Source of the DNA: an uncultured Verrucomicrobiae bacterium
GTDB taxonomy: Bacteria > Verrucomicrobiota > Verrucomicrobiia > Chthoniobacterales > UBA10450
Length of the DNA stretch: 64,000 bases
Reading direction: 5' to 3'
Assembly (NCBI GenBank): GCA_963772365.1
Contig: CAVYXA010000003.1
Coordinates: 640,001 to 704,000 of the forward strand
Both the position numbers and the translations under genes were made by a program. Under the pieces are notes generated by a model that was given only the letters and a program-made list of their open reading frames with translations, made no database searches and had not been told where the DNA came from. Positions 22,245 to 32,025 of this stretch are shown piece by piece. Within the stretch, counting starts at the first letter, position 1; each line of letters starts with the position of its first letter.

Positions 22245-23149
22245 ATGGCATCACTGCCACAGACCGGGCGAAAGCTTGATGTTCGACCTGTCTGCGCGGC
22301 TGAAGCTTCGTCTGACTGGCGCAGACCGTATTCGTTTTCTCAACGGTCAAATTACAAACGATGTCCGCAAAGTGACCGAATCGACTGGGATCGAGGCCTG
22401 CATTTTGAACGCAAAAGGAAAAATGAACGCGCATGTTTTCATCAGCGCCGGGCCGGACTGTTTTTACCTCGATGTCGATGCCGGGCTGACCGAGACGCTG
22501 CCAGCCAGGCTCGAACGTTATGTGATTGCTGATGACGTTGTGATCGAAGATGTCAGCGAACGATTTTCGATCCTGCACTTTTTGTCCGCGTCTGGGCCGA
22601 AACTGCAAGGAGATTGCCGCGTCATCTCGATGCGACGTTTTCTCGAGCCCGGTTGGGACATTTGGCATGATCCAGCACAGAAGGATTCCATTTTAAAGCA
22701 AGTAACCAGGACGTTTGAGATTGTCGATCCTACCGCTGGCGGAAGTGCTTCGCATCGAGCAGGGGATACCACGTTGGGGCCGCGAATTGACCGAGGAGAT
22801 CATTCCGATCGAAGCAAACCTGGAAGCTCGCACGGTGGATTACGAAAAGGGTTGCTACATCGGGCAGGAGGTGATTTCGCGAATCAAGATGTCCGGGTCA
22901 GACGAATAAACGCTTATGCGGTTTGGTTTCGGAGGATGACGTCGCGCTGTCTCCCGGCATGAAATTAATGCGCAGGCGGAAAGAAGTGGGATGGATTACC
23001 AGTGTGCACGAGGAGTGATCGCCTGGGAAAAACTATTGCGCTCGGGTACATGAAGCGCGGTTTTAATGACGAGGCGAACTAAACTGGATGCGACCGAGCG
23101 AACAGCCTGCAAGCGTTTCAGTTAAATTGTCCAGCTGCCTTTCGAATAG
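22245..23149 (+). CDS. ygfZ: Folate-binding YgfZ/GcvT family protein (several frameshifts)
   Basis: LTGADRIRFLNGQITND, LRIEQGIP, signature KGCYIGQE. Confidence 0.85.
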
Positions 23150-23226
23150 ATGCGCGGAGATTTTTCGTGTTGCCTTTTATAAAGCGTCATCTCCGTATAA
23201 AGTCCGCCCATGGCACTTTTCAACCT

Positions 23227-23869
23227 ATGAATCAACGATTACTCTCAGAAATTGGCCGCACGCAACGGCTGGAAATTCTTAACTCGCTCAAACGGACCAA
23301 GGGAATGTCCGTGAATGAGTTAGTGGCGAAGATGGGGATGAGTTACATGGGGATCAAACAACATTGCGTCACGCTCGAGCGAGACGGTTATCTCGATACC
23401 TGGCGGCGTCCTCAAAAAATGGGGCGACCGGAAATGGTGTATCGCCTTACCCGGCGCAGTCACGATTTGTTCCAGAGCGATAGCAACCAGTTCACGCTCG
23501 AATTGTTGAAATCGCTCCAGGAGATTTACGGCACCAAATGCTCCGGAGAAACTTCTCTACAATGTCTTCGAAAGAAAGACCGCGGGCTTGAAAGAAAAGG
23601 TGAAAGGCGAGACCGTGGTGGACCGCGCGAAATGGCTCGCCCGCGTTCGTGATGGGGAAGGGTACATGGCGCAGTTTGTCACGGGCGAAAAGGAAACGGC
23701 GCCGCACATTCTGGAATGTCACTCACCGATCATGAATTTGCTCGACAGCTACCCGATTATCGGCCGTCTCGAAGAAAACATGTTCGAAGCGATACTGGGC
23801 GGACGGGTGCGTCGCCAGGAAAGTCGCCACTCCGGGTTGTACGAGTGCGCGTTTTATTTCACCGCCTGA
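23227..23869 (+). CDS. Winged-helix transcriptional regulator, SufR/ArsR-like (frameshift near 23540)
   Basis: HTH MSVNELVAKMGMSYMGIKQHC, GRPEMVYRLT, EGYMA, ECHSPI, terminal CAFYF. Confidence 0.75.
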
Positions 23870-24040
23870 CGAAAGTTTCTCGAACGAGGGCAGCACGATT
23901 CAGAAGGAAAGGGATCGGCAGTTTGGTGCGGACCCATTGCCTCCACTGCGGCCATCAAACCGCGGGATCCGCTAAGTCGTTGTTAACCCGAAGCCTTTTT
24001 CCACTATCGCCTTCGTCGAATTTCAGTTGATTGATAGTCC

Positions 24041-26013
24041 ATGCTTCGGGCTTTTCCTTCTGTCGTCATCGAGAAATTGCAGCCGCTAGTCGATGGCGGC
24101 CGTTACTCGATAAAGCGCACCGTGGGATGAAGATCTCGCCGTTGAGGCGGACATACTTCCGGGATGGTCACGACGTCGTCGCCGCCGTTTTGAAGTGGCG
24201 GATTCTTGGGGGAAACTCACTGGCAGGAAACGCCGATGGCGCACGTCGATAACGATCTCTGGCGCGGGGTTTGCACGTTTTATCACAAACGATCCACGAA
24301 TACACCATTGAGGCTTGGACGGATCGGTTTCGCGGATGGCAGCGCGAATTCGCCAAGAAATTCGAGGCAGGGATTTCCGCGCTGTCGAGCGAAGCGATGG
24401 AAGGATCAGGTTTGCTGGAGGACGCATGCGGAACGCGCAACTGATCCGGCTGACGGAATCAGGTTGCGCGAATTCTCCGAGCAAATCCGCACCGCTGATA
24501 ACGATCAAATCAATGAGATCGCCCACTTGGGCGAACTGGAAGTTCTGATGGCGACCTATCCGGACCGCACCGACGCCAGTCAATATGCCCCGCGCCGCGT
24601 GTGATTGTCGATCGGCCGGCGGCCCGGTTTGGCGCCTGGTATGAATTTTTTCCGCGCTCGGCCGAAGGCAAAGGAGATGGTTCATCCACATTTCGTGATT
24701 GTTTGCCGCGGATCGACTACGCCAAAGCGATGGGATTCGATGTAATCTATTTTCCGCCAATTCATCCGATCGGTCATACGAATCGAAAAGGTCGAAACAA
24801 TTCCGTAACATCTGAACCGGGCGATCCAGGAGTTCCCTGGGCGATTGGCAGCGACGCGGGCGGACATAAATCGATAGAACCTTCGCTGGGGACACTTGAG
24901 GATTTCGACTGGCTGGTGGGCGAAATTCGACAGCGCGGGATGGAACTCGCGCTCGATTACGCGATCAATTGTTCGCCCGATCATCCATACGTCTGGCAAC
25001 ATCCGGAATGGTTCTACAAGCGGCCGGACGGATCGATTAAATACGCCGAGAATCCGCCGAAAAAATACGAGGACATTTATCCAATCAATTTTCGGTGTCC
25101 TAACTGGCGAGATCTTTGGGAAGAAATGGTGAGTATTGTCCTGTTTTGGGCGCAGCATGGTGTGCGAATTTTCAGGGTCGATAATCCTCACACCAAGCCG
25201 ATCGCCTTTTGGGAATACTTGATTGTGAAAGTGCGCGCGCAATATCCGGACGTGCTTTTTTTGTCGGAAGCGTTCACGCGGCCCAAGGTGATGCAATCGC
25301 TGGCTAAGGCTGGATTCACCCAGAGCTACACTTATTTCACTTGGCGAAATTCAAAGCGCGAGCTGACCGAATACGGCACCGAACTCACCCAGACCGACAT
25401 GCGCGATTATTTTCGTGGAAACTTTTGGACGAACACGCCTGACATCTTGCCGTTCGTGTTGCAGGAAGGCGGTCGTCCTGCGTTCGTGCTTCGGGCTGTG
25501 CTCGCTGCGACCATGTCGAGCCTGTGGGGCATTTACAGCGGATATGAGCTTTGCGAGAATGAAGCGCTCCCCGGGCGCGAAGAATATCTCGATTCGGAGA
25601 AATACCAATTCAAAGAGCGCGATTGGAATGCGCCGGGCAACATTAAGGATTGGATCACGCGCATTAATGAAATCCGCAGGCAAAATCACGCGCTTCATTT
25701 TTACGATAACCTGCGCTTCTATCACGCCGACAACGAGGCGATCCTTTTCTACGGGAAAATGACGCCGGCCCGCGACAACATCATTCTTGTGGTGGTGAAC
25801 CTGGATCCTTTTCGAAAACAGAATTCCTATGTCGATGTTCCGATCGATCAATTCGGCGAAATGCAAGGTGACACCTATCAGGTGCACGATCTCTTGAGCG
25901 ACGCGCGTTATGTCTGGCACGGGCGCCGGAATTATGTCGAGCTCGATCCCGAAATTCAGCCGGCCCATATCTTTCGTGTGCGTCGCTGGGCTGGCGGTGA
26001 TCGATATGTTTAA
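24041..26013 (+). CDS. glgE: Alpha-1,4-glucan:maltose-1-phosphate maltosyltransferase (5' part frameshifted)
   Basis: VVIEKLQPLVDGGRY, WYEFFPRS, YFPPIHPIG, YAENPPKKYEDIYP, FRVDNPHTKP, LSEAFTRP. Confidence 0.95.
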
Positions 26014-26060
26014 GTCGTTTGCTCTTTTCCTCCAGCTTGTCGCGGAATAAAGTCGCCGCG

Positions 26061-27860
26061 ATGAAATCGATACATGTTCTTGTCTGCGCCGCGGCGCTTT
26101 TCGGTGTCACCGAAGGTCGCGGGCAACTTTCATCGCCGCGTCAGCCGGATGTTAGCAACAAAGCCTTGATCACAACCGCGAATAAAACGGCCGTCCTCGA
26201 AGCCGCCGCGCTGCACAAGCTCGCCGATGATTATTACGCCTGGCGTAATGAGAATTATCCAGTCCAAAGCAGCGATGCCGGATTGCATACCTGGGACGAT
26301 CGACTGACCGATTACGCGCCTGCGAAGATCGACGAGCGCGCGAAACATGTGCGGGCCTTGCTTGACAAAGTCCGCGCCATGAAGACCGATAGCTGGCCGA
26401 AAGACGAGCGGATAGACTGGATCCTATTTCGATCGCAGCTGGAGAACGTCGAGTTCGGCGATCGGGTCCTAAAGTTCGAGCGGACGAATCCGCAGGTTTA
26501 CGTCGGCGAATGCACAAACGGAATCTTTTCGCTGTTAAAAAAAGATTACGACACTCCGAAGAAGCGCGCACTCGCGGCCACCGCTCGACTGAAACAAATG
26601 CCGGCCATGCTCAAACAGGGCCTGAGCAATTTGCAGAGTCCGGTAAAACTGTATGCCCAGCTCGCCATTCAATCCGCCCGGGCGATCGATCCTCTTTTCA
26701 ACAAAAGTCTGATGGCGCTCGATGTCGATCCTTCGACTGGGCTCAGGACAGGCCTTGCCACTGGCGAACACGAAGCCCTGATCCAATCGCGCGATGCCGC
26801 GATCGCTGCTCTGCACGGTTTTGCCGATGATCTGGAGAAACGACTTCCGCGAATGGTGGATTTCTCTCCGATGGGAGAGACGAACTACAACTACTACCTC
26901 AAGCACGTCCTGCTTTTGCCACTCGACGACGCGGAAGTGGAAATGATCGGCCGGGTTGAGCTGGCCCGTTATCGCGCGCTGGAAGCGCTTCTGCCCGATC
27001 CGAAATTGGCCAATCCCGATCCGAAACGCAGCGGAAACATTCCGCCGGATCAGGAGGCATTTCTAAAAGCCTATCAAAGCCGGGAAACCGAGATGATCGA
27101 TTTTCTCAAGCAGCATCGTCTGGTCACGATCCCAAGTTATCTTGGCCAGTTCGAAATCCGCCAGTTGCCGGAAGCATTTAAGCCGACCAGCCCGGGCGGC
27201 TTCATGAATCCTCCCGGCGTTTACGACAAGGATCCCACCGGCTTTTATTTCATTCCGACGTACAATCCGGATTCCAAGAATTTTTATATTCGCGCCGCGA
27301 TTGAAGATCCACGGCCGATCCTCGGCCACGAAGGAATTCCCGGCCATTTCCTCCAGTTATCGATCGCGAATCATTTGCACGACGAAATCCGCCGCCAGCA
27401 TCAGGACGGCGTGTTCGTGGAAGGCTGGGCGCTCTATGGCGAAGAAATGCTGATGCGGACCGGGTTATATCCGGACAATTCGCCGGCCCAGGGACAAATC
27501 CTGCGCCTTTCCCGTTATCGCGCCGCCCGGATCGGTGTTGATGTCAATCTTCACACCGGTCGCTGGAGTTTCGAACAGGCGGTGAAATATTTCATGGACG
27601 CCGGCGGCCTCGATCGCGAAGCCGCCGAAGGCGAAGCAGCCGGAGCGGCCTCAAATCCTCACCAGAAGATCAGCTACATCATCGGCAAATGGCAGATCAT
27701 GAATCTGCTAGGCCGATACAAGGACCAAAAGGGCGAAAACTTCCGACTAGGCGAATTCCACGACGACCTGATCAAAAACGGCAGCCTGCCGTTGTCGATC
27801 ATCGAGTGGATCCTGCTCGACGACGATAGCGCAATTAAGAAAGCGACAGGTGAAAAGTAG
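26061..27860 (+). CDS. Secreted DUF885 family protein
   Basis: Signal peptide; HEGIPGHFLQ, FVEGWALYGE, RIGVDVNLHTG, FHDDLIKNGSLPL. Confidence 0.9.
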   Translation: MKSIHVLVCAAALFGVTEGRGQLSSPRQPDVSNKALITTANKTAVLEAAALHKLADDYYAWRNENYPVQSSDAGLHTWDDRLTDYAPAKIDERAKHVRALLDKVRAMKTDSWPKDERIDWILFRSQLENVEFGDRVLKFERTNPQVYVGECTNGIFSLLKKDYDTPKKRALAATARLKQMPAMLKQGLSNLQSPVKLYAQLAIQSARAIDPLFNKSLMALDVDPSTGLRTGLATGEHEALIQSRDAAIAALHGFADDLEKRLPRMVDFSPMGETNYNYYLKHVLLLPLDDAEVEMIGRVELARYRALEALLPDPKLANPDPKRSGNIPPDQEAFLKAYQSRETEMIDFLKQHRLVTIPSYLGQFEIRQLPEAFKPTSPGGFMNPPGVYDKDPTGFYFIPTYNPDSKNFYIRAAIEDPRPILGHEGIPGHFLQLSIANHLHDEIRRQHQDGVFVEGWALYGEEMLMRTGLYPDNSPAQGQILRLSRYRAARIGVDVNLHTGRWSFEQAVKYFMDAGGLDREAAEGEAAGAASNPHQKISYIIGKWQIMNLLGRYKDQKGENFRLGEFHDDLIKNGSLPLSIIEWILLDDDSAIKKATGEK

Positions 27861-27869
27861 CGGAAGAAA
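27771..27869 (+). repeat. 99-bp direct repeat, copy 1 (3' end of DUF885 gene)
   Basis: Matches 28593..28691 at 94 of 99 positions. Confidence 0.95.
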
Positions 27870-27917
27870 CGTCAGTAATGACCCCGGTTTGTCCCCGCTT
27901 AGGCTGCAAAAGTGATC

Positions 27918-28181
27918 CTACACCTGAGTGATTGAGAGCAGCCAAACCGTTGAATCGTCGAATGTGTAGTAAAGCGACACTTGTTTGTCTTCGACCGGAG
28001 CCATCGGTAAGAAATATACGAGTCGATGTTCATCGATTGGCGATCCAATAAGCGGGTCGCGTGCGAGCAGGAATTCGGCCGCTTCGACGAAGCGATCCGC
28101 TGGAATGGCTTCTTCGATTAACCGACGCAGTTCGGCCTCGAAACGGTGTTCACGTATAACCTGTCGAATGCGTTCGGGCAT
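27918..28181 (-). CDS. Putative RelE/ParE-like toxin
   Basis: 87 aa, LARDPLIGSPI and SLYYTFDDSTVWLLSI resemble the RelE/ParE C-terminal strands. Confidence 0.55.
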   Translation of the reverse strand: MPERIRQVIREHRFEAELRRLIEEAIPADRFVEAAEFLLARDPLIGSPIDEHRLVYFLPMAPVEDKQVSLYYTFDDSTVWLLSITQV

Positions 28182-28226
28182 TAGTTTGACGGCGGTCGAG
28201 CTCGGATTCCCAAGTCGCCGTGGACG

Positions 28227-28430
28227 CTAATGCGAGACCGCCAGTCTTCGCGATTTCCGCGAGAGCAACTCAGCTGCCCGGCCAGCAAGCGATCTCCCGT
28301 GCACGCGTTCCGCTGAAGTCGGCGCGCGAAACCCAACCAGCTCAACTGATTTTGGAATCGAGTTGAGCTTGCTCTTTTTAAGCACGGCCAGAGCGCGGCG
28401 CTTTCGTGGGTGTGCGGTCGACCGTTTCAT
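28227..28430 (-). CDS. Small basic protein, putative antitoxin
   Basis: Small ORF directly upstream of the toxin-like gene on the same strand; no family recognised. Confidence 0.35.
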   Translation of the reverse strand: MKRSTAHPRKRRALAVLKKSKLNSIPKSVELVGFRAPTSAERVHGRSLAGRAAELLSRKSRRLAVSH

Positions 28431-28592
28431 TGCACAATCACGGTAGCAGCCCGTGCGCCTATCGGTCAAACTCTCTGGTTGGGATAGTCAAAGATTCGTT
28501 CGATTTGGAGTGCCGCCGTTATCTCGCAGCTGCACCTTTCCGCCTCCCAGAAAATGTAAGAAAAAAGGACCGACTCCTTTCTCCTTTTCCTC

Positions 28593-28691
28593 ATCAAGAA
28601 CGGCAGCCTGCTGTTGTCGATCATCGAATGGATCCTGCTCGACGACGACAGCGCAATTAAGAAAGCGACAGGCGAAAAGTAGCGGAAGAAA
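28593..28691 (+). repeat. 99-bp direct repeat, copy 2 (orphan DUF885 3' end)
   Basis: Encodes IKNGSLLLSIIEWILLDDDSAIKKATGEK*. Confidence 0.95.
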
Positions 28692-28713
28692 ATACAATAC
28701 CGCCTCAGCCCGC

Positions 28714-29036
28714 TTATTGAGGTGGAAGGAAAGTCAGCGTCCCGCGTTCCAGGTTTGGCAACAGCGACATCAGAGCTGGCATGAGCGGTGAAGTATCGGC
28801 AAGCCGATTTGATCGGGTTCGAAGCGCGACCACGGCGATTTTGAAATCCGCGATATTTTGTTGATACACCATGTTGTTGTCCATGGTGACAAGCACATCA
28901 AATCCCGCGGCGACTGCTTTCGCTAGCAATTCACCATTTTCAAGGCCAGCCCAGCCAATCAGCGGCACTCGACCTGATGACCTGGGAGATCGCGACTTAA
29001 TCGCCAGTCGAGATTCTCGTCCAGCAGGAGCCGCAT
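28714..29036 (-). CDS. DUF5615 PIN-like toxin (frameshift near 28970)
   Basis: MRLLLDENLDWRL...GWAGLENGELL...FDVLVTMDNN...YQQN. Confidence 0.85.
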
Positions 29037-29037
29037 C

Positions 29038-29244
29038 CTAAGAGCCGGCGACAGCGTGTTCTCTTGCTTCTTCCAGGAGCGTCAGCACTTGGTCGCGTTT
29101 CACACTTGGAAAACCTTCGAGAAATTCCTCGATCGAATCGCCGGCTTCAAGGTGGTCGAAAAGGCTCTTCACCGGTACGCGAGTTCCGGCAAAAACCGGC
29201 TCACCGCCGAGAATATCGGCGTCCTGCGAAACGACCTTGCTCAT
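29038..29244 (-). CDS. DUF433 antitoxin
   Basis: DILGGEPVFAGTRVPV...LEAGDSIEEFLEGFPSV. Confidence 0.92.
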   Translation of the reverse strand: MSKVVSQDADILGGEPVFAGTRVPVKSLFDHLEAGDSIEEFLEGFPSVKRDQVLTLLEEAREHAVAGS

Positions 29245-29398
29245 GACTCGTTACCGTAGCTAATGTCATCACTCTACGCAAACCGTCTGGTGAGTCCCGA
29301 TCAATCCCAGTGTTCCCATATCGACCACAAACATCTTAAATCAAACCTCCCGCTCTCCGTCCTCCGTTATCTGATATCTGACGTTTGATTTTTGACCT

Positions 29399-29625
29399 CT
29401 AATCCCGGTCCAGCCAGAGACCATGGCATTTCGGACAGCCTTCGAACTCGATTCGAGCTTGGCGCCGGACACCGGGCAATCCTCGTCCGTGGTCCTGAGA
29501 TGTTTTGCTCCGCTGATCGGTTTCACTTCAACTTCAAAATCGGTGTCGCGGCTGGGTCGCTTAATCCGCTTAAACCAGTAAGGCACATGAATGTTATCAA
29601 CGAAATCAGAAAATCCATGACCGCT
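29399..29625 (-). pseudogene. Fragment of a zf-TFIIB-type zinc-ribbon protein
   Basis: ...DEDCPVSGAKL then shifted frame EFEGCPKCHGLWLDRD*; no start; flanked by heptamer repeats. Confidence 0.5.
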
Positions 29626-29823
29626 CCGCCGTCAATCATCTGTCGTCGGTCGCCTGATCTCTGACTTCTACGGTTCGCACGGCGCGAACCTTACGGCGGG
29701 AGCCACTGAGTGCAGCGAATGTGGTTAGGGAAGCCGGCGACGTAGTTTGGGAAAACCGAGCTTTCCCTTCCTCTTCCCGAACTCAGCATTTCAGCGCTTC
29801 AGATCTCAGTTTTTTTGATTACT

Positions 29824-29892
29824 GTCAAGATTTGATGCCTGACCCCAGTTTGTGACCCCAGTTTGTGACCCCAAGAAAAAAGGACTGACCCC
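29824..29892. repeat. GTCAAGATTTGATGCCTGACCCC arm plus tandem TGACCCC units
   Basis: 23-bp exact reverse complement of 32003..32025; followed by AGTTTGTGACCCC x2 and AAGAAAAAAGGACTGACCCC. Confidence 0.9.
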
Positions 29893-30197
29893 AATTTACC
29901 CCGATTTCTGACCCCTTCTGACCTCCCGATTCGGACTCAAGCCAAGGAAATAACAGGCTCGAATCAATTATTTTCGAAGTGAGGTCAAAACGCAGGGAGG
30001 ATACCGATATAAAAAAATCGGGACAGACACTGGGTCAGACACGCTTTTTTCTACTTGCCCCGCACCCTAATGGGTGACCCCATTTTCCCCCTTCGCTTTG
30101 GAGAGGTCGGGCTGGGAGAAATTCAATCCGCCCACCGATCGGTGCGCAGAGCAACGCTGACGATAGGAGTCTCGCAGGCGCGCAGGAGTGAGGAGAA

Positions 30198-30806
30198 TCA
30201 GTGTCGTGCCGGGAGCAGCCGGTGACGGTAGCGGCCGAAGAAGGCGATGGCTGCAAGACCCAAGAGCATGGCAACGGCGGTCGAGCCCGACTCTGGCACG
30301 GAAGAAGGAGCAACGATATTGAGGATGAAGGAGTCGGCAGTGGCGCCGTGGCCCCAGCTCCACGTGTAGGTGCCAGGGTCAAGGCCGAGGGAAGCGAAGT
30401 TCGCGCCGGTGAAGGTGGCCGAGCCGTCAAGCAAGGCGCCGGAGATGTAACCGCTCGGAACGAAGAGAGAATCATTAGGGGCAATGCCGAACAAATCTCC
30501 GAAGGCGAGATCCGCGTAGGTTAGGCCTCCCATCCCGAACGCTCCCGGCGGCAATATGCCGGCGTAGTCATTGGCTGCCACCGGCCCGCCGCCGACGACC
30601 ACTACCGAGTTCGCGGGATCAATCACGGGAAGGCCGGCCCCGCCGCCAAGAAATACCAGACCGGCGAGATTGAACGTGCCGCCGCCGGCGAAGACGACGT
30701 TGCCTCCTACTTCGGTGGCATCGACGATGACGGTGGCGCGGGCGGGCAGTGCGCAGACGCCGGTGAGCGCGATGAGCGCGAGGAGGAGTTTAAGTGTTTT
30801 TTTCAA
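30198..30806 (-). CDS. PEP-CTERM (VPxSG-CTERM) exosortase-target surface protein
   Basis: Signal peptide; C-terminal VPESGSTAVAMLLGLAAIAFFGRYRHR (motif, TM, basic). Confidence 0.88.
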   Translation of the reverse strand: MKKTLKLLLALIALTGVCALPARATVIVDATEVGGNVVFAGGGTFNLAGLVFLGGGAGLPVIDPANSVVVVGGGPVAANDYAGILPPGAFGMGGLTYADLAFGDLFGIAPNDSLFVPSGYISGALLDGSATFTGANFASLGLDPGTYTWSWGHGATADSFILNIVAPSSVPESGSTAVAMLLGLAAIAFFGRYRHRLLPARH

Positions 30807-30929
30807 TGGTGGTGGCAGTGCAGGGGCTTAATGGTCGGCACTGAGTGTAAGGGGGGCGGCCTTACGGCCGTCAAGATAATTTCTGGTATTTTTGAGGAGT
30901 CATCAGAGGTCGGAGATCGGGGGAGATCG

Positions 30930-30982
30930 GTGCGCCCGTGAAGCGGGCGTCAACGCGGGTGAAAGTCCCGCCGGTGCAATTA
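30930..30982 (+). mobile_element. 5' remnant of a group II intron (IIC-like)
   Basis: Begins GTGCG; GTGCGCCCG...CGGGCG then GCGGGTGAAAGTCCCGC stem; no RT ORF or domain V seen. Confidence 0.6.
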
Positions 30983-30992
30983 GGGGGAGATC

Positions 30993-31022
30993 GGGGTCAA
31001 ATCTTGAACATTCAAGATTTGA
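30993..31022. repeat. GGGGTCAAATCTTGAA-CA-TTCAAGATTTGA hairpin
   Basis: Perfect 12-bp arms; same family as 29824 and 32003. Confidence 0.85.
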
Positions 31023-31178
31023 AGTCTCCGCCTTCGTGCCGGCAGCTTTTGCCATCCGCGGCGCGGGCCTCGGTAGCGCGGATTCCAAGAGAATGCTGGC
31101 GTTCTCGGATGCAGCCGAGCGCCGTTGAATTCACTTTAGGTATTTTTTTAGGATGATGGTTGAAGAGAAGTAGGATGC

Positions 31179-31820
31179 TTGACCGAAATTCATGCGATCA
31201 CTAGTCTCGCGGGCATGCCGCAAAAGACGCGCGCGCCACGGGTCCAGAAGATCTCCAGCGCATCGATCTCCGGCCTGCTGATGCCTCCACTTCTGACACC
31301 GAAACCGCCGACGCGTCTGCCGCAGAAGAAGGCGCTCGAAATCTATACGAACGGCATTCGAGAGAAGTTGGATCTTGGCTTGCTCGTCCCACATCGAATC
31401 ACCGATGTCACACTCTCCGGCGCCACGATGAATGCCGGAGGCGCCTGGCTGGAAGTGGGCGGCGACGGCGTCCGGGTCTACGGGGACACGGGCGAGATCC
31501 ATTGGTTCAAAGATCCCGTTCCGTCAGCAGGCGCGTGGATGAACGTGTGGCTTGCTGGTCTCGAATCAGGGGCCACGTATGTCGGACAAATACGCGGATT
31601 CGCGAACCCATTACCGAGCCAGCAGTATCACATCGCGCTCAAGGTCGTGTATCCGAATCGATTCGAGACCAGCTACGTGCCGCTTACCACCAAATCGTTT
31701 ATCGTGCCGTTTGCGTTCATCGCGGTACCGGAGCAGACAGGCATCACGCCGAACGTGCAGTTCTTCCCTCAATACCTCTCACACTGCGTGGTATATGACG
31801 TTCACATCAAGAAAGTGTGA
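31179..31820 (+). CDS. Hypothetical protein
   Basis: 213-aa ORF with coding-like composition; no family recognised. Confidence 0.65.
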   Translation: MTEIHAITSLAGMPQKTRAPRVQKISSASISGLLMPPLLTPKPPTRLPQKKALEIYTNGIREKLDLGLLVPHRITDVTLSGATMNAGGAWLEVGGDGVRVYGDTGEIHWFKDPVPSAGAWMNVWLAGLESGATYVGQIRGFANPLPSQQYHIALKVVYPNRFETSYVPLTTKSFIVPFAFIAVPEQTGITPNVQFFPQYLSHCVVYDVHIKKV

Positions 31821-31979
31821 TTGAGATTCCGGTTGAACTTTCAGCATGAACGGAGGGAAAACGGGTCAAAGCTACTCTGCGTTCGGGAGGACAGAAATCA
31901 GAGGTCAGAGCTGAAAGCTCAAACGCTTAAATCCTGAGATGCTGAAACGCTGAAATAGGTTCGCTATTCGCCTCGTGTA

Positions 31980-32025
31980 GGGGAATAGGGGTCAGGGGAA
32001 TAGGGGTCAGGCATCAAATCTTGAC
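31980..32025. repeat. Tandem GGGGAATAGGGGTCA x2 running into the GGGGTCAGGCATCAAATCTTGAC arm
   Basis: Read directly; inverted partner of 29824..29846. Confidence 0.9.

Noticed and set aside
24086..25968. Long antisense ORFs over glgE (and similar ones over gspF, the amidohydrolase and the Rieske gene)
   Set aside because: Shadow frames of GC-rich coding sequence with no motifs
13324..26013. Programmed ribosomal frameshifting or mass pseudogenisation
   Set aside because: The shifts hit unrelated housekeeping genes with no common slippery motif, consistent with sequencing indels
27771..28691. Diversity-generating retroelement TR/VR pair
   Set aside because: The five differences are not adenine-specific on either strand, most are synonymous, and there is no reverse transcriptase in the window
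29824..29930. CRISPR array
   Set aside because: Units are 13-20 bp with no unique 30-40-bp spacers, and no cas genes are present
29824..32025. Tn3-family transposon bounded by GGGG inverted repeats
   Set aside because: The GGGG ends face inward rather than forming the outer termini; no transposase, resolvase or 5-bp target duplication is seen
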